Shown: positions 1 through 16,170 of the stretch, piece by piece
How positions within the stretch are numbered: position 1 is the first letter of the stretch
How the letters are laid out: every line of letters starts with the position of its first letter
Source: the human T2T-CHM13v2.0 reference genome, Homo sapiens
Direction: 5' to 3' (one strand)
Assembly: GCF_009914755.1 (NCBI RefSeq)
Contig: NC_060930.1
DNA: 64,000 nucleotides
Translations under genes and position numbers: made by a program
Notes under the pieces: model-generated
Told to the model about the DNA's origin: nothing
Seen by the model: only the letters and a program-made list of their open reading frames with translations
The model's database searches: none

Positions 1-439
1 TGCTACTGAAACACCAGGGGTTGAGTCTAGGTCCTGCTGTTTGCTGCACAGAAAGCCCGTGACTGAGACAAGCATTGCCAAGAAAGAAAGCTTTAATTGG
101 GTGCTGCAGCCAAGGAGATGGGAGATCCACCTCAAAACCATCTCCTGGACTGACTAAAATTATAGAGCAGGGAAAAATGGACTATGTATGGAAAACAGGA
201 ACTCGGGAGGGATAAAGAAGCAATCATGATGAACCAGAGGTTTGGCGTCGCATTGTCTGCATACAGCAATCTGGTCAGTTTCAGTCCTTTGATACCTTCT
301 GAGAGGCCTAGGGGTCCTTTCTTAAGGAAGGAATTCAGATAAAACAAATATAAGTTTCAAGATTTGTGATCAGAGAGTCAATTTCCATGTTTATACAAAA
401 AAAAAAAAAACTGTCTGTAGGACTCTTGGGTCGGTTTCA
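1..439 (-). mobile_element. ERV1 (MER4-group) 3' LTR
   Basis: TG...CA ends. On the minus strand it is preceded by a polypurine tract (GAAAAGTGGGAC|TGAAACCGAC), and internal ERV sequence adjoins it. Confidence 0.75.
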
Positions 440-3400
440 GTCCCACTTTTCTATTGATCAATTCCTCAATCCTGGGGAATCTGGCTGTCAGTCTTTCCGG
501 CTGCTTCATGCTGAGAAGGGGCATTGTGGGCAGCTCCATACCAGGGGTGACCACGTGGCCACCCAGAAGTCAAAGGTTAACTTAATATAGAGTTTTCTTC
601 TGAAACACAATCTTTCTCTCTCCAGGCCTCACTTCCACCAAAGACAAGTAACAGCAGGACCAACCTACATGCAAAAGAAACTTTAGTCCCCTACAGGTAG
701 CCTGATGACCCACACAAAGCGCAGCAAGAATCCTTGTCCACATAGGCTCTCCTAGATTGGACTGGCTGGAACCTCTCACAGTGCCATTTCAGTCAAAGCC
801 CTGGGAAAACAGCCAGTTCCTCCACTGTGTCCCAGTATACAAGAAAACAGATTCCTATTGAAGTTATGCAAACAAACACATTGCCATGAATTAAGAATAT
901 TCATAAATGAATTACAAATTCTGGAGAAAGTAGGCAGAGAACAAAATATGCCTTAATTTCAGTTTACAAAAGTATAATCTACTCAATTGTTAAAGGCTAT
1001 AAATAGCTCAAAAGGAAAAATGTTCTCCAGACTCTGAAGAATCAGCAATGTTTCAAACAAACAAAAAAGGCCATGAAAAATTATTTCAGTCCTCCGTCAG
1101 TTCAATCCATGCAATCAACTCCTGCTCTACTTCATATTGGGTTAGTAATCTTTATGCACATCAGCCTTTCAACTAGTACCCTGGAAATATCCTCTCTAAT
1201 CCAATGGCACAATCTTCAAAGTTAACAGAAACCTGACTTCAAGAGTTCTTTTCATGAACTTCTCCAAAGAAGAAAACCCTGGACTATAGCTGATTAGAAG
1301 TAACTTTTTGAGAAGGATCAAAGCAAAACAATAATTGTGAATGACAAAAGTCTTAGGACAGCTGTAAAGATACAGTTGTCAATGACAGTGGGTTACATCT
1401 ATGGCATACAACAATTTAACATAATAATCATAATTACTACTGACAATATATACTAAGACATATCTGAATTTGAGGAATCTTATACAATCCTGGAACAAAT
1501 ATTAACGACATATCTATATAAATATAACCCAAAGGAAGCTAAACACCACCTCAGATTTGACAGTGCTTTCTGAATAATTCTAACATAACAAATAAGCCTA
1601 AATTGTCTCTCTTGGGCTTCAGAGAATTTAATATTCAAAAAAGTTAGTTTGAGGTCAAAAAGACTGAATTTAGAACTTGAAATTTTGCTCTTAGAAAGTT
1701 TGCCAAATATCAGTGTTAAGATACTTGATATCACAAAATAGAACCACAGGTCACTATAAAATAGTCATTTATTTAGCCAAAATGATAAAACAAAAACATT
1801 TACCTTTTGATAGAGAGGAGATTCAGCTTCCCAAACAATAAAACCTAATAAACACAGCATGAGGCCAACGAAATCTGTCTCTCCCCCTCCATTTTTTCGC
1901 TTTAGTTTACAAAAAAGGTATACAAAAATCTTTTATCTCTTACTAATATTACACAAATATTTTGTTCAAAAGAGAAAATCAGAATTTTACCTTTGTATGG
2001 TGTATTATTAATGTTAAAGCTAATTTTGATAAAACCTTACAAACAAATCTAATTTTAATCATAAGGTAAGATTACCATATACTTTTTATAACCGTTTATG
2101 ATTTTCTGTTAAAGAACAGATCAATGCTTCAAGAAACCCTGTTATTCAGACATATGGGCCTAGACGCTAGCCTTGCACCAGTGCACTTTTGATATTAATG
2201 TTTAATTTACAGAACTAATGTTATCCCTCAAAATTGGCCCTTACAATCCCATAGGCCCACCTCTTCTGCAATAGTCCCTGGGCCTAGAGGGTTGAATAGT
2301 TTTAATTTCTGGCCCTGTGTCTCACAAAAGCAGTTCATTTTGATTGTCACCTTCTCCCAGATCTGAGGGTCTGAAGATGAGCCTTTGACAGGTATCAGTG
2401 CTCAAAATTTAGCAGGGGTTGGTGTCTTTTTCAGACCCAGGAGTCAAAGACCTGTAACTTAACAGCAGGAGGATTAGTTAAAGGGATATTATTTAGACTA
2501 TGGAAAGTTCTATCATTCTAACATGTCACAAGTTAAAATATTGTGATTTGGCATTCAGTAGTTGCTGCCTGCACACTCCAAACCACTGTATTAAAGTATT
2601 TAGGTTACTCGTTGCGAGTATCTAGTTGCTAGCGTTCTGGTGACAGAACTGTGACCCAAAGCATCCAAAAGTGATGGGGCCTGTACCAAACATATCAAAA
2701 CAAAACAACTAGCTTTTCTCTCCATCATTAAAAAATGGTAAATGCAAATATCGGTTTTAGAAATTCAATGAGGATAAATAAGCTCCTTTCACTTAAATAG
2801 TATACAACAGAGCAAAGACGAGGTAAGAACAAGCACACAGTAATTTCTTTTCAGCTATGTTTAAAGAACATCATCCCATATTTCCAAGATTAGTTCCTAG
2901 ATACAGTACTGAGAACGAATTAAGTAACTTTCACCACTAAAATCTTCAAACCAGCGCAACACTTGTACATATTTTTTTCATGTACACATATGAAAGCCCA
3001 TCAGTGATAAACGGCTTGAGATCAAAAATCACTAGAAAGTCTCACATTCTTTATTACTACTTAATCCAAGTGAATGTCAACACAACAAAATAATGGCCAA
3101 CACAACTACATTTTAATAATGGTCAACACAACTAAATTAGCTTCAGAATAATCCTAAGCAATACAATTTCATTAAGGATACAGCCAATCTTTCCTGAACA
3201 TTAAAATGTTGTACTCATATCACCGTGTTTCCTCACTACCTAAAGGAAAGATCTGAAACCAACTGAAATTATTGACTGAATTGAATTACCTTGGAAATAA
3301 ACACCATTTAAACATTTTCATTCTCACCCACTTCTTCAAGTAACAAAATAAATAATGTGCTATTTCTGCTCAGAACTTCCAAAAATTAGTCTTTTATTTT

Positions 3401-4700
3401 TTTCCTAGGTGCCTTAAAGGTCTTGTAGCTCTCCCCATCATCAAGCAAAACCAACCAAAATTTAAATGGCTGATGTCCTTTATCAATTTTTGGATGCCTG
3501 ACAAAGGGGCTTAAGAATTTTAGATAAATAAAACAAATGATGAATTGCTGGAAATGCATAGGAAACAAAATGACTATTTATAGAACAAAATAAAAGACTT
3601 CCACGGGAAACTTAAAAACATCAATGGTTTTATATATGCATATATATGTAAAACCCAAAGGAGAACAAACAGCAAATAAATGAAAATTAGAAGCAGAAGG
3701 AAATAAACAGGAAACCAACCCCAATTGTTCTCCTACTCAGTTTACCTTAGAGGCTAAAGTGTTAACCAGCATCTTAAAGAAACACATAATAGATATTTTG
3801 TTCCTGATATACAATTCAATGTATTTAAGTCTATCAATAACATGATATATTTTGTGCAATTAAGACATTCACTTTGGGTATATGACCAGTAATTACTTTG
3901 GTGCTAGTACTATCTATGCAGAATTGCAAATATAGTGTGAAGCAGTGCAAACATGTGTGTGAAATTTCGCTCCATGGTAATCTGGCTTCATACTTAACTA
4001 CATTTAAAAAGAATTGCCAAACTGGCAATGTATTTCTTTATAATATTTCTTATTCTACCTTTATCAAGACTAAGAGCTTTAACTATGAACAATGTCAATT
4101 AGCCAAATGTCTTCAATTTTCTATCAGGTTTTAAAGAATATTTTATTATCTAAACTTTCTCAACTTGCTATTTTTTTTTTTTGGTATGTGCATGAAGACA
4201 GACACAGAGAAACAGAAAAAATTACATATGATTTACACAGACCATCTATCACATGCTTGGATTTTCTGTTTTGTCCTAAATTTTCTCTCTGTTTTTTAAT
4301 AATTAGTCATTTTACTTTAGGAAAAAAATTCACCATACAATATCCTTTCTCACACAAAATTATTTTTCTTTATAACCTTCCTTAACAAAAATACATCTTC
4401 ACATACATAACTTTCTTCCCATCTCTCTTCCCTACTTACTGGTTCCTTACTACGCTTTTCATAAATAACCTTTTCAAGTCCATAATTTGAATTAACCTTT
4501 AGATAAGTTCTAAATCTGACAAAATTATTCTTTATCTCACAAGAACACATCTTCTTTGGCACATTTTATATACAGAATTATATATTAACTATAATTCCTA
4601 TCCTCAGTAACCTTAAATTTTAGTGAAAACCTAGGAAGCAAGAAGTCCTGAGCTGCCTATCAGACATTAGCATTTTATAGATGAGAACCATTTGACAATT

Positions 4701-5550
4701 TGAAGGGGGCCACCAGCACCCGCCTCTGAGTTCCCTCAGTATTTACTGATCATTATTTTTACTATCTTAGCCAGCGGAGTGTAGCAGGGCAACACATGGG
4801 GAGAAGGTCAGCAGGGAAACATGTGAGCAAAGGAATCTGTATCATGAATAAGTTCAAGGAAAGGTACTGTGCCTGGATGTGCACGTAGGCCAGATTTATC
4901 TTTCACTTTTCATAAACATCTCAGTGTAGCAAAGAGTAACAGAGCAGCATTGTTGCCAGCTTATCTTGCCTCTAGCCACAGGGTGGTTTTCTCCTATCTC
5001 AGAATCGAACGAATGGGAATGGTCGGCTTTACACTGAGACATTCCAATCCCAGGGAGGAGCAGGAGACAGAAGCCTTCCTCTTATCTCAACTGCAAAGAG
5101 GCCTCCCTCTTTCACTACTCCTCCTCAGCACAGACCCTTTACCGGTGTGGGCCTGGGGCATGGTAAGGTCTTTCCTTTCCAACAAGGCCATATCTCAGGC
5201 TGTCTCAGTGGGGGGAAAGCCAGGCTTTCTTGGGCAGTGGTCCCTGCAGCTTTCTGCAGTGCGTTGTGTCCCCGGTTAATCGAGAATGGAGAATGGCGAT
5301 GACTTTTACCAAGCATACTGCCTGCAAACATATTGCTCACAAGGCACATCCCACAGAACCCTAAATCCATTAAATTTTGATTCAATATAGCACATGTTTC
5401 TGTGAGCACAGGGTTGGGGCTAAAGTTACAGGTTAACAGCATCTCAAAGCAGAAACAATTTTTCTTAGTACCGATCAAGATGGAGTTTCTTATGTCTTCC
5501 TTTTCTACATAGACACAGTAACAATCTGATCTCTCTTTCTTTTCCCCACA
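4701..5550 (-). mobile_element. HERV-K(HML-2) solo LTR, LTR5A/B-like, with U5 deletion
   Basis: Minus strand begins TGTGGGGAAAAGAAAGAGAGATCAGATTGTTACTGTGTCTATGTAGAAAAGG; 6-bp TSD ACAATT at 4695-4700 and 5551-5556; 850 bp. Confidence 0.88.
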
Positions 5551-6336
5551 ACAATTTTAGAAACATGTTTCCCCATATCATAACCTCTTCTTAATTGGAA
5601 ATGTCCCAGACATCCAATGAACATCAAAAATAATTTTAGGATTTTAAATTACAAAAAAAGATCACTTACATTTATCCTATATACATGTACTCAGTTATTT
5701 CATTTTAAACAGTTTACCTAGATTACTTCTGAAAACTGAGATATTAGACACAGCTAGTCATCATTTAAAGTTAGTAATTTCCTTGCAAATAATTGTTTTA
5801 ATAGCCAGTGAACATCAGGTGCTCACACAAGTAAGAACCTTAAAGTTAAATATTTGGATATTTTTGCCAATAACTCAGAAGATTTAGCTAACAACATTAA
5901 ATTAGTCTTATTTATCAAAAAAGGCACACAAACCAAGATCATTTCATTTTGGCTGGGTTTATGGTTTTATAACCCTCTATATCAAACTGTTACACCTCAA
6001 AACATCTAGCAGAGACAAACATAAAACCCAGGCAGAAATGTATGCTGACAATTCTGAAGACATTTTAAAGCCAGCTTGTTTAGTAAAGATTTTTTTTAAG
6101 TCACATAAACTTGAAAAAATACTTTGGATTTACTTATGAGAGCTCTTTCATTTATAAGCCAATTTGGTAGATACAACATATAACATAATAAATGTACATA
6201 CATAAACACATCTAGACATATATATATATACACACATATAAACAAAAATCCAATAGCTTTTACCTCAGAACTCTAGTCATGAGATAGCAAAATAAACTCA
6301 CTGGTTTCCATGGCTAAACTTTTTTTCCTGGATAGG

Positions 6337-7408
6337 TGTTGTGGGAAGTCAGGGACCCCAAACGGAGGGACCAGCTGAAGCCATGACAGAAGAATGTGGA
6401 TTGTGAAGATTTTATGGACATTTATTAGTTCCCCAAATTAATACTTTTATAATTTCTTATGCCTGTCTTTATTGCAATCTCTAAACATAAATTGTAAAGA
6501 TTTCATGGACACTTATCACTTCCCCAATCAATACCCTTGTGATTTCCTATGCCTGTCTTTAATTTAATCTCTTAATCCTGTCAGTTGAGGAGGATGTATA
6601 TTGTCTCAGGATCCTGTAATAATTGCGTTAACTACACAAATTGTACAGCATGTGTGTTTGAGCAATATGAAATGTGGGCATCCTGAAAAAAGAACAGGAT
6701 AACAGCAATTGTTCAGGGAATAAGAGAGATAACCTTAAACTCTGACCACTGGTGAGCCGGGCAGAACAGAGCCATATTTCTCTTCTTTCAAAAGTAAATG
6801 GGAGAAATATCACTGAATTCTTTTTCTCAGCATGGAACGTCCCTGAGAAAGAGAATGCGCACCTAGAGGTAGGTCTCTGAGCTGGCCCCCCGCCGGGGCG
6901 TACCTGTCTCTTATGGTTGAGACTGCAGGGGTGAAATAAACTGCAGTATCCCATAGCGTTCCCAGGCTTATTAGGAAGAGGAAATTCCCGCCTAATAAAT
7001 TTTGGTCAGACCGGTTGATCTCAAAACCCTGTCTCCTGATAAGATGTTACCCATGACAATGGTGCCCGAAACTTCATTAGCAATTTTAATTTCGCCTCGG
7101 AGCTGTGGTCCTGTGATCTCGCCCTGTCTCCACTTGCCTTGTGATATTCTATTACCGTGTTAAGTACTTGATGTCTGTCACCCACACCTATTCGCACACT
7201 CCCTCCCCTTTTGAAAATCCCTAATAAAAACTTGCTGGTTTTTGTGGCTTGTGGGGCATCACGGATCCTACCAACGTGTGATGTCTCCCCCGGACGCCCA
7301 GCTTTAAAATTTCTCTCTTTTGTACTCTGTCCTTTTATTTCTCAAGCTGGTCGACGCTTAGGAAAATAGAAAAGAACCTGTGTGATTTTCGGGGCAGGTC
7401 CCCCGAAA
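6337..7408 (+). mobile_element. MER11 (HML-8) solo LTR, MER11C-like
   Basis: Begins TGTTGTGGGAAGTCAGGGACCCCAAACGGAGGGACC; 6-bp TSD GATAGG at 6331-6336 and 7409-7414; 1072 bp. Confidence 0.88.
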
Positions 7409-7930
7409 GATAGGTAATCCAATGAAGGCTTTGAACCAAAATTTTGAGTAAAGCAATTTTCATGGCAGTTTGATTTTTAAATGCCAAAACCTCCTCAGAC
7501 TTCAAAGAACAGTGGGGGCAAACAGCCCCACAGAAGAACATCACCTGAAACCTGCTAACCAGGCCTAACCCTGCTTAGAACAGCAACGTAAATGCCTGGA
7601 TACAGGGACCTCCATCCCACTTTCTCAATCAACAGCAAATTCCAGATTCCAAAGAATATTGGGGCTAAACAGTATTACAAAAGAATATCAGTTTATCAGA
7701 TTCAGGTTTCCCATGACTGTATCGACACACACCAAACAATCCCCAAAACACAATCCAACTGATGCAGCAACAAACAAGCCCCAAGTGTCCAAACTGAAGC
7801 AGCTGGACCAGCTGGTGCTTCCTGTCTCCATTGGTTGGGCTTGATCAATATGCAAACAAAAATTCCTTTGGAATTTCTCACTTGAGAGGAGCCAATCCCG
7901 CTGTCTGGTGCCCACAAAAGACATTCACTT

Positions 7931-8229
<299 letters not shown>

Positions 8230-8323
8230 ACAGTCAATTTCCCGGACACATACACAACACACAATTACACACAAACCCACAAGAGTGTGTGGCCCAGGCT
8301 GGACTGCAGTGGTGCGATCATAG

Positions 8324-9200
8324 TGTTACTAGAAAAAGAGGTCCTGATCCAGACCCCAGGAGAGGGTTCTTGGATCTCATGCAGGAAGAAATTCAAGGCA
8401 AGTCTCAGGGTGCAGTGAGAAGACATTGTTTATTGAAAGCTACTCAGATACAGAGTACAGTGTCCTCAGAAAGCAAGAGGAGGAACTCATCTTTAAGTTT
8501 TTCTTATGTAGCAGGTCTTGTTTATGTAAAAGCTAAGCTAAGCCACATCTATGTGTGGGTAGGCTGAAGGCATGACAAAATTTATTATTCTGTTGATTTA
8601 AAGAAAACTATCCTTGTGTTTTGTTTTTTTGTTTGTTTTTAGTTTTAGTGTGTATGTACGTAAAAGCATAAATACAAGTATCTTGAAAGCAGCCAGGCAT
8701 GGTGGCTCATGCCTGTAATCCCAGCACTTTGGGAGACCAAGGCAGGCAGATCACAAGGTCAGGAGTTCAAAACCAGCCTGGCCAAGATGGTGAAACCCCG
8801 TCTCTACTAAAAAATACAAAAATTAGCCGGGCGTGGTGATGCGCGCCTGTAGTCTCAGCTACTAGGGAGGCTGAGGCAGGAGAATCGCTGAAACCCAGGA
8901 GGCAGAGGTTGTAGTGAGCTGAGATCACACCACTTGCACCCCAGCCTGGGCGACAGAGCAAGACTGAGTCTCAAACAATAATTATCTTGAAAGCATATAT
9001 TGCTATGGGCATTGGGACATCTTGACTTTCTGTTGCTGTAGGACTGTGTCCCTGCAGGTGTCTTTAAGCTGTTTCCTTAAGTGTAAATATCTTATGACCA
9101 TGGGTGGTGACTGGAAAAGAATGTGCCTCATTAGTCTCAAGATGAAGCTGAACTTAAAATGGCGTTATTCTGGCTCTCCTGGGCTCCCGCTTCCCTAACA
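8324..9200 (-). mobile_element. ERV1 solo LTR (MER41D/E-like), inserted in an old Alu fragment and containing an Alu at 8692-8980
   Basis: TG...CA ends and 4-bp TSD ATAG (8320-8323, 9201-9204); Alu sequence continues on both sides; inner Alu TSD TATCTTGAAAGCA. Confidence 0.7.
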
Positions 9201-9389
9201 ATAGCTCGCTTCGGGCTCAAACTCCTGGACTCAAGCAATCCTCCCACCTCAGCCTCCCAAAGCACTGGGATTATATGGGTTGATTTAAATAAAATAAAAA
9301 CATTGATAAAAGCTTACTAAGCCTTGATGTTTGATTGTCAATCTATGTCTAATTATAATATTTAAGATTTTATATATTTATATTTTTAA

Positions 9390-9809
<420 letters not shown>

Positions 9810-11803
9810 TAGCAATAACATCATTTAACAAGGGAAAGAAAAACTTTCAAATAGATGTTTTAAAATGATCATTCCACCCTCTTTCAATAAGATGCATCTT
9901 TACCTACAAAGGCAATCCATTACAGTTTTTCAAAAATATTTGCTAGGTATTCCACTAATAGCCACTTTTCACAGAACAGGTCATTACATTTGGAATTCTT
10001 GCTATTCCAAAAGAAAAAAAAATGTAAATATCAAATTAACCAACCCTCTTTTCAAAGATCATTAGCAAATGAAAGCAGGCCACTGAAGAGAAATGTTGGA
10101 GAATGCTTGCTGACCCAGGAATGTGTGGAACCCGGTGGACCTCAATTCGAAAAGCGTCATATTAATTAGTTTGTCGGATTTTTCTGTTTGAAGGAGCTTG
10201 TGAGAGAAACATGTGTTTCGGACATGATCCCACCTGGAAGCTGCCATTAGCGTCTCCTTAGTGCCTTGTCGAATGAGAAACCCTATTAATTCCAGGGGTA
10301 TTACCTGGAAGTATTAAATGACAAGGAGTTGGGTGGCAGTTAGGGAGGCCTGTTTGTCTTCTAAATGTATCCATTCCTTGTTGGGGTGCTCTGACTGCAT
10401 GCAATGCAGACAGGAAAATTAAATAGGAAATATTAATCCTCATCTCCTCTTGGAATATGGCATGTCAGCAGGATGACCATACAGCATGGCTTGTCTGGGA
10501 CAGTCCCAGTTATACCTGTTGCCTTGGTGTCCTGCCTGGGTCAGCATTTGTCACAGGCTTTTCATTTTCAATGAAGTGTTGTTAGTAACAGCTACAGGAG
10601 GGGGGTTGGCAGGTCTTTACTTTGTACTGTGAGCTCCCACTACACTTACACCTGTCAGGGTCCACTCAGGAGACAAAGCCACATCAGCTATGTGAACAGA
10701 GGAGAATATAAAGGATTGTTAGGAAAAGGGGCACAGACGCAGCATGTGAAAAAGGGGCAGCTGTTACCCACAGGCCCAGTGAGAATGGATGAGGAAAGAC
10801 TAAAGTGTTAGGAGACCTTTACCGCACCCCCACCCCACACACACTTCGGGCTGAAACTCAGATCTTTTTGAAGAGGATGCAGCTGTCACAGAAACATGCA
10901 GCTGCTGCTGGCAGAGTGCATGGGTCAGAGTGGGCCACCAGGAGCTGTCTGCCATTGCCAGAGGGTGTGGCAGGCCAGAGCCGTCCGCAGAAGCAAAAGG
11001 CCAGGTAGGGACACAGCTGCCTGAGGTTGCAGCTGTTGCGACTGCAGAAATGGCTGTTGCGTGGAGAAAACATGAGAATGAGGCTAGAGATGGTCTGTGT
11101 GGGCTGCTGGACCCTGCACTGAGTGGTTACAGGAGAACCAGAACTGGGAACGACAGGTGTCTTTCTACCGGGCTTTCCTGGCAGTGTCTCACTGGCACCC
11201 TCTAGTGACGAAGCGTAGCATTGTGCCATCTAGGGAAGTGACAGCAACTCCAGGGTTACATGAGAGGAGGCTCTAGAGCCAAGAGACAATCAATTGCTAA
11301 GTGACTCAGCAGGTGCAGGATGCTCACTTTAATCTTGGTTAAATCTGACAGGCAACTTGTGAGTCTGATCCTTTCCAGAAGTCTCCCCCTTCAAGGACAG
11401 GACATAAGGAACTCACTCACTGATAAAACAACTTAATCCTTGTTCACAAGCAGCTAGGGACAGCTACGTCCTTCTGGACTCTAGTACTGTGGAGATAATT
11501 ATTTGGGACTGCTTTCCCCTGACAGCCACTGGGTTGTAATGTGGCTCGTGCTGTGGCTTTTGAGAAGCCATCATTTGGCAGTCAGTTGGAAACGTGGAAA
11601 AGTATAGTTTAGGTACACAGTTTAAACTATAATTTAGGCATATTTAAATAGAGGCTATATAAAAATAGAGGCATATTTAAATAGAGGAAATAGAGGCTAT
11701 AAATTATTATAGATATAAGCCCAAACTCTCTTGCTACAGTGGTTTTGTTATTCATTATATAGGAAAATCTACAGCCATTTATTTTATTGTTTGACTATAC
11801 TTT

Positions 11804-12152
<349 letters not shown>

Positions 12153-12346
12153 TGAGCTCAAAAATTAAGTACTGAATTTTCATATCACAAGAGGTGGAAT
12201 GTTTAGTGTGCACAAAATGTTGCTGCTTACCACTCACCAGTGGCACCATAGTGCTATCTCTGACCATGTAAAAACTATAAGATGCTAATCTATAAGGAAA
12301 TACTAGCACCTCCTTCAAAAGTTAGAACTTATTTTAAGAAAATTCT

Positions 12347-12661
<315 letters not shown>

Positions 12662-14030
12662 AAGAAAATTCTGTCCAAAGATAATAATCTATCAAGTGCA
12701 TTGCAGAGGATATATTTATATATTAGTTTGTAAAGCAGGCTGTTCATTTGATCAAATGACTGCTATTTGAAGTTAATTTCTGTCATTTTCAAAAAGTAAA
12801 GCAATACATGGAAGCATTGGCTGCATTAGCAGAAGAAAAACTTTCATTTTGTTCAAGTAAGTTTCATCAGATGTTTCAAATTAAAAAGCAGTGTAAGGTT
12901 TTCATCTAATTCATGGATAGAATTAAAAATAAGCTTTTAGAAGTTCCCTTTCCCACAGGGAAAATATATAATATGTTGTGAATAAATGCTGTTAAAAATG
13001 TAGTTAAGCCTGGGCAACAGAGTGAGACTCCATCTCAAAAAAAAATTAGTTAAAATGTGCATCAGGGAAGGTTTTCATACAAATCAAATTTGATGAGTCA
13101 CAACCTTGGAGTTGGTTAAGATGAACACACATTTTGAATTTTATTAATCAAGCCGCAATATTCTTCTGTTCAAAATAGCATCTTGTAGTTATCAAAATGT
13201 ATGAATTTTCTTTATATAGTTCCTACAGAATATTTGTGATGAAGCTGCTGATGAATACAAATATGATATGATATTGATGATGTATTGATGGCAGTGCCTG
13301 CTTTTCATCTTTGCTGCCCATGAGCAATTGAAATGTAGTTGTGTGTGCTCTTTTGGAGAACGATTTTAAATCAGCCGAAATGCTCTGTAATGTTACTAAC
13401 CTTCTTTGAACTGAGTCCTCTAAATTTCAGGTGCATTTTGTTCAAAATCAGTTAGAAATAGTCAAAATATTCAGAGTGAAGCACCCAAAAATGTAATTTT
13501 GGAGGCTTTTAGCTACTTGAAATCATAGAAAACAAAGTTTGCAAACAGGAAGATATTCAAAGTTCTACAAAACCAAAGGAGAAACTAATTAAACAGCATC
13601 AGCTTAATAGTGAATAGGACTTAACTTTCTCAAATTCTGTAATTGAATTTTGGCGTATCTTGACTTGGAGGAAGAAATTTTAGATGGACTTCCTATTTTT
13701 AATTGGATAAATTTACAGGCTATATTAGAATGCAGTGAAACTGGGATGTCCAAAAAGTTTGCTGCACAAAAATTTGGTGAAAACTTCAAAAGGATTATTT
13801 AAGTCAGTCATTTGATAAGCTTTGTCTGATAAAAGTATTTGGAAAAGAAACACATTGTATGCAGGCAAAAAGATTGTAACTGTGGAAATATTCAGACTGA
13901 AATACTTGTGCATTTTAATATGAGAAAAATTAGAATTGAGACAGTTCTTCATTTGTTAGAATTTGCTCTGAGCTTACCACGTCTCTCAGCTCCTGAAGAG
14001 TGTTTTCTCCATAAAAATTCCTTAGTCTAA

Positions 14031-14200
14031 CAGCAGGAACAGCTACATAATTTGCAGGGCCCATTGCAAAATGAAAATGCAGGATCCTCTGTTCGAAAAC
14101 TACAAATAATTTCAAACTGATGACAGTAAAACATCCATCCAAGTGTGTATCCCTGTGAATGTGGAGCCCTGCATGCTGCATAGGTCACACAGGACCTATG
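14031..14200 (+). mobile_element. MER45A-like hAT MITE
   Basis: CTACATAATTTGCAGGGCCCATTGCAAAATGAAAATGCAGG signature. Confidence 0.6.
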
Positions 14201-14506
14201 GTCAACAGACAAGAGTCAATTGACCATGATAGTAATTTTACATTTATTGACAATAAAGTGCAATTTATAAAAATTTTCTTAATAAGATCCTATTGAAAAA
14301 TACCTTATTGAGGAAAAATACCAGTGATGTTTGATAAGAGGTAGATTCAGTTAAGAAATGAATTACAGTGTATGAATGTGCACCAAGAATAATGTCTTAG
14401 TGAGCTTAGGCTCCCATACAAAATACCATAGACCAGGCAGCTCAAACAACAGAAATGTATTTGCTCACAGTTCTGGAGGCCCCAAAGTCGAAGATCAGGA
14501 TGCCAG

Positions 14507-16170
14507 TGAGAGGTGACAGCATGCTGGCAGCCCTCGCTTGCTCTCCCTGCCTCCTTGGCCTCGGCGCCCATTCTGGCTACGCTTGAGGAGCCCTTCTCTG
14601 GGCTGGCTGAGGCCGGAGCCAGCTCCCTCGGCTTGCGGGGAGGTGTGGAGGGAGAGGCACGGGTGGGAACCGGGGCTGCGCACAGCGCTTGCGGGCCAGC
14701 TAGAGTTCCGGGTGGGCGTGGGCTTGGCGGGCCCGCACTCGGAGCCGCCGGCCCTACCTGCCCCAGGTAGTGAGGGGCTTAGCACCCAGGCCAACAGCTG
14801 CGGAGGGTGTGCTGGGTTCCCCAGCACTGCTGGCCCACCGGCGCTGTGCTCGATTTCTCACCGGGCCTTAGCTACCTTCTTGCGGGGTAGGGCTTGGGAC
14901 CTGCAGCCCACCATGCCTAAGTCTCCCCCGCGTTACCGCCGCCGCCGTGGGCTCCCGCGCAGCCTGAGCCTCCCCAACGAGCACCGCCCCCTGCTCCAGG
15001 GCACCCGGTCCCATCAACCGCCCAAGGACTGAGAAGTGCGGGCGCACGGCATGGGATGGGCAGGTAGCTCCACCCACGGCCCCAGTGCGAGATCCACTAG
15101 GTGAAGCCAGCTGGGCTGCTGAGTCTATTAGGGACTTGGAAAATCTTTATGTCTAGCTAAGGGATTGTGAATACACCAATCGGCACTCTGTATCTAGCTC
15201 AAGTTTTGTAAATGCACCAATCAGCACTCTGTGTCTAGCTGATCTGGTGGAGACTTGGAGAATCTTTCTGTCTAGCTAAGGGATTGTAAATACACCAATC
15301 GGCACTCTGTATTCTAGTTAATCTGGGGGGACTTGGAGAATCTTTATGTCTAGCTAAGGGATTGTGAATACACCAATCAGCACTCTTAATCTAACTCGAG
15401 GTTTGTAAATGCACCAATCAGCACTCTGTGTCTAGCTGATCTGGTGGGGACTTGGAGAACCTTCATGTCTAGCTAAGGGATTGTGAATACACCAATCGGC
15501 ACTCTGTATCTAGCTCAAGGTTTGTAAATGCACCGATCAGTACCCTGTGTCTAGCTCAAGATTTGTAAATGCACCAATCAGTGCTCTGTGTCTAGCTAAT
15601 CTAGTGGGTACTTGGAAAACTTTTGTGTCTAGCTCAGGGATTGTAAACGCACCAATCAGCACCCTGGCAAAACGGACCAATCAGCTCTCTGTAAAACAGA
15701 CCAGTCAGCTTTCTGTAAAATGGACCAATCAGCAAGATGTGGGTGGGGCCAGATAAGGGAATAAAAGCAGGCTGTCGGAGTTAGCCGTGGTAGTTTGCTG
15801 AAATCTGCTTCAATGTAGTGAAAATGGTTATTCTTCTTGCTTTTTTTTTTTTTTCTCTTTTTTTCAGTAAATGTGCTGTTTTTCGGTTTTGTTTCCTGTA
15901 TGAGCTGTAACATTCTTTGTAAAGCTCTGTGGTTTTGTTTTTGAAGGTATGAAAATAGAACCAACCCATTTGTAGAGTTAAACAACTATCAGGAGCGTAT
16001 GGCGTTATGTAGTTTATAACACTCACTGAATGTTTTAGAGCTTTACTCTTGAGCCGATGAGATCGCTAAGCCCACCATGAAAGAAGTAAAGGGAGGACAT
16101 ACCGCTTTAAAGAACTTGTAACACCACACGGGTCTGTGGCTTCATTCCCGAAGTCAGACCAATGAACCCA
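14507..16170 (+). mobile_element. LTR12 (ERV9) solo LTR copy 1, inserted in an MLT1 MaLR LTR (~14390-16311)
   Basis: TGAGAGGTGACAGC start; CpG-rich U3; ten CCAAT-box enhancer repeats; TATA-like AATAAA at 15760-15765; TSD CCAG at 14503-14506 and 16171-16174. Confidence 0.92.

Noticed and set aside
14495-15077. Overlapping 85-164 aa ORFs here and at 18138-19004
   Set aside because: They lie in GC-rich LTR12 U3 sequence and are typical spurious ORFs.
15130-15730. Regularly spaced repeats resembling a CRISPR array
   Set aside because: These are standard LTR12 U3 CCAAT/GATA enhancer repeats in primate DNA; there are no unique spacers or cas genes.
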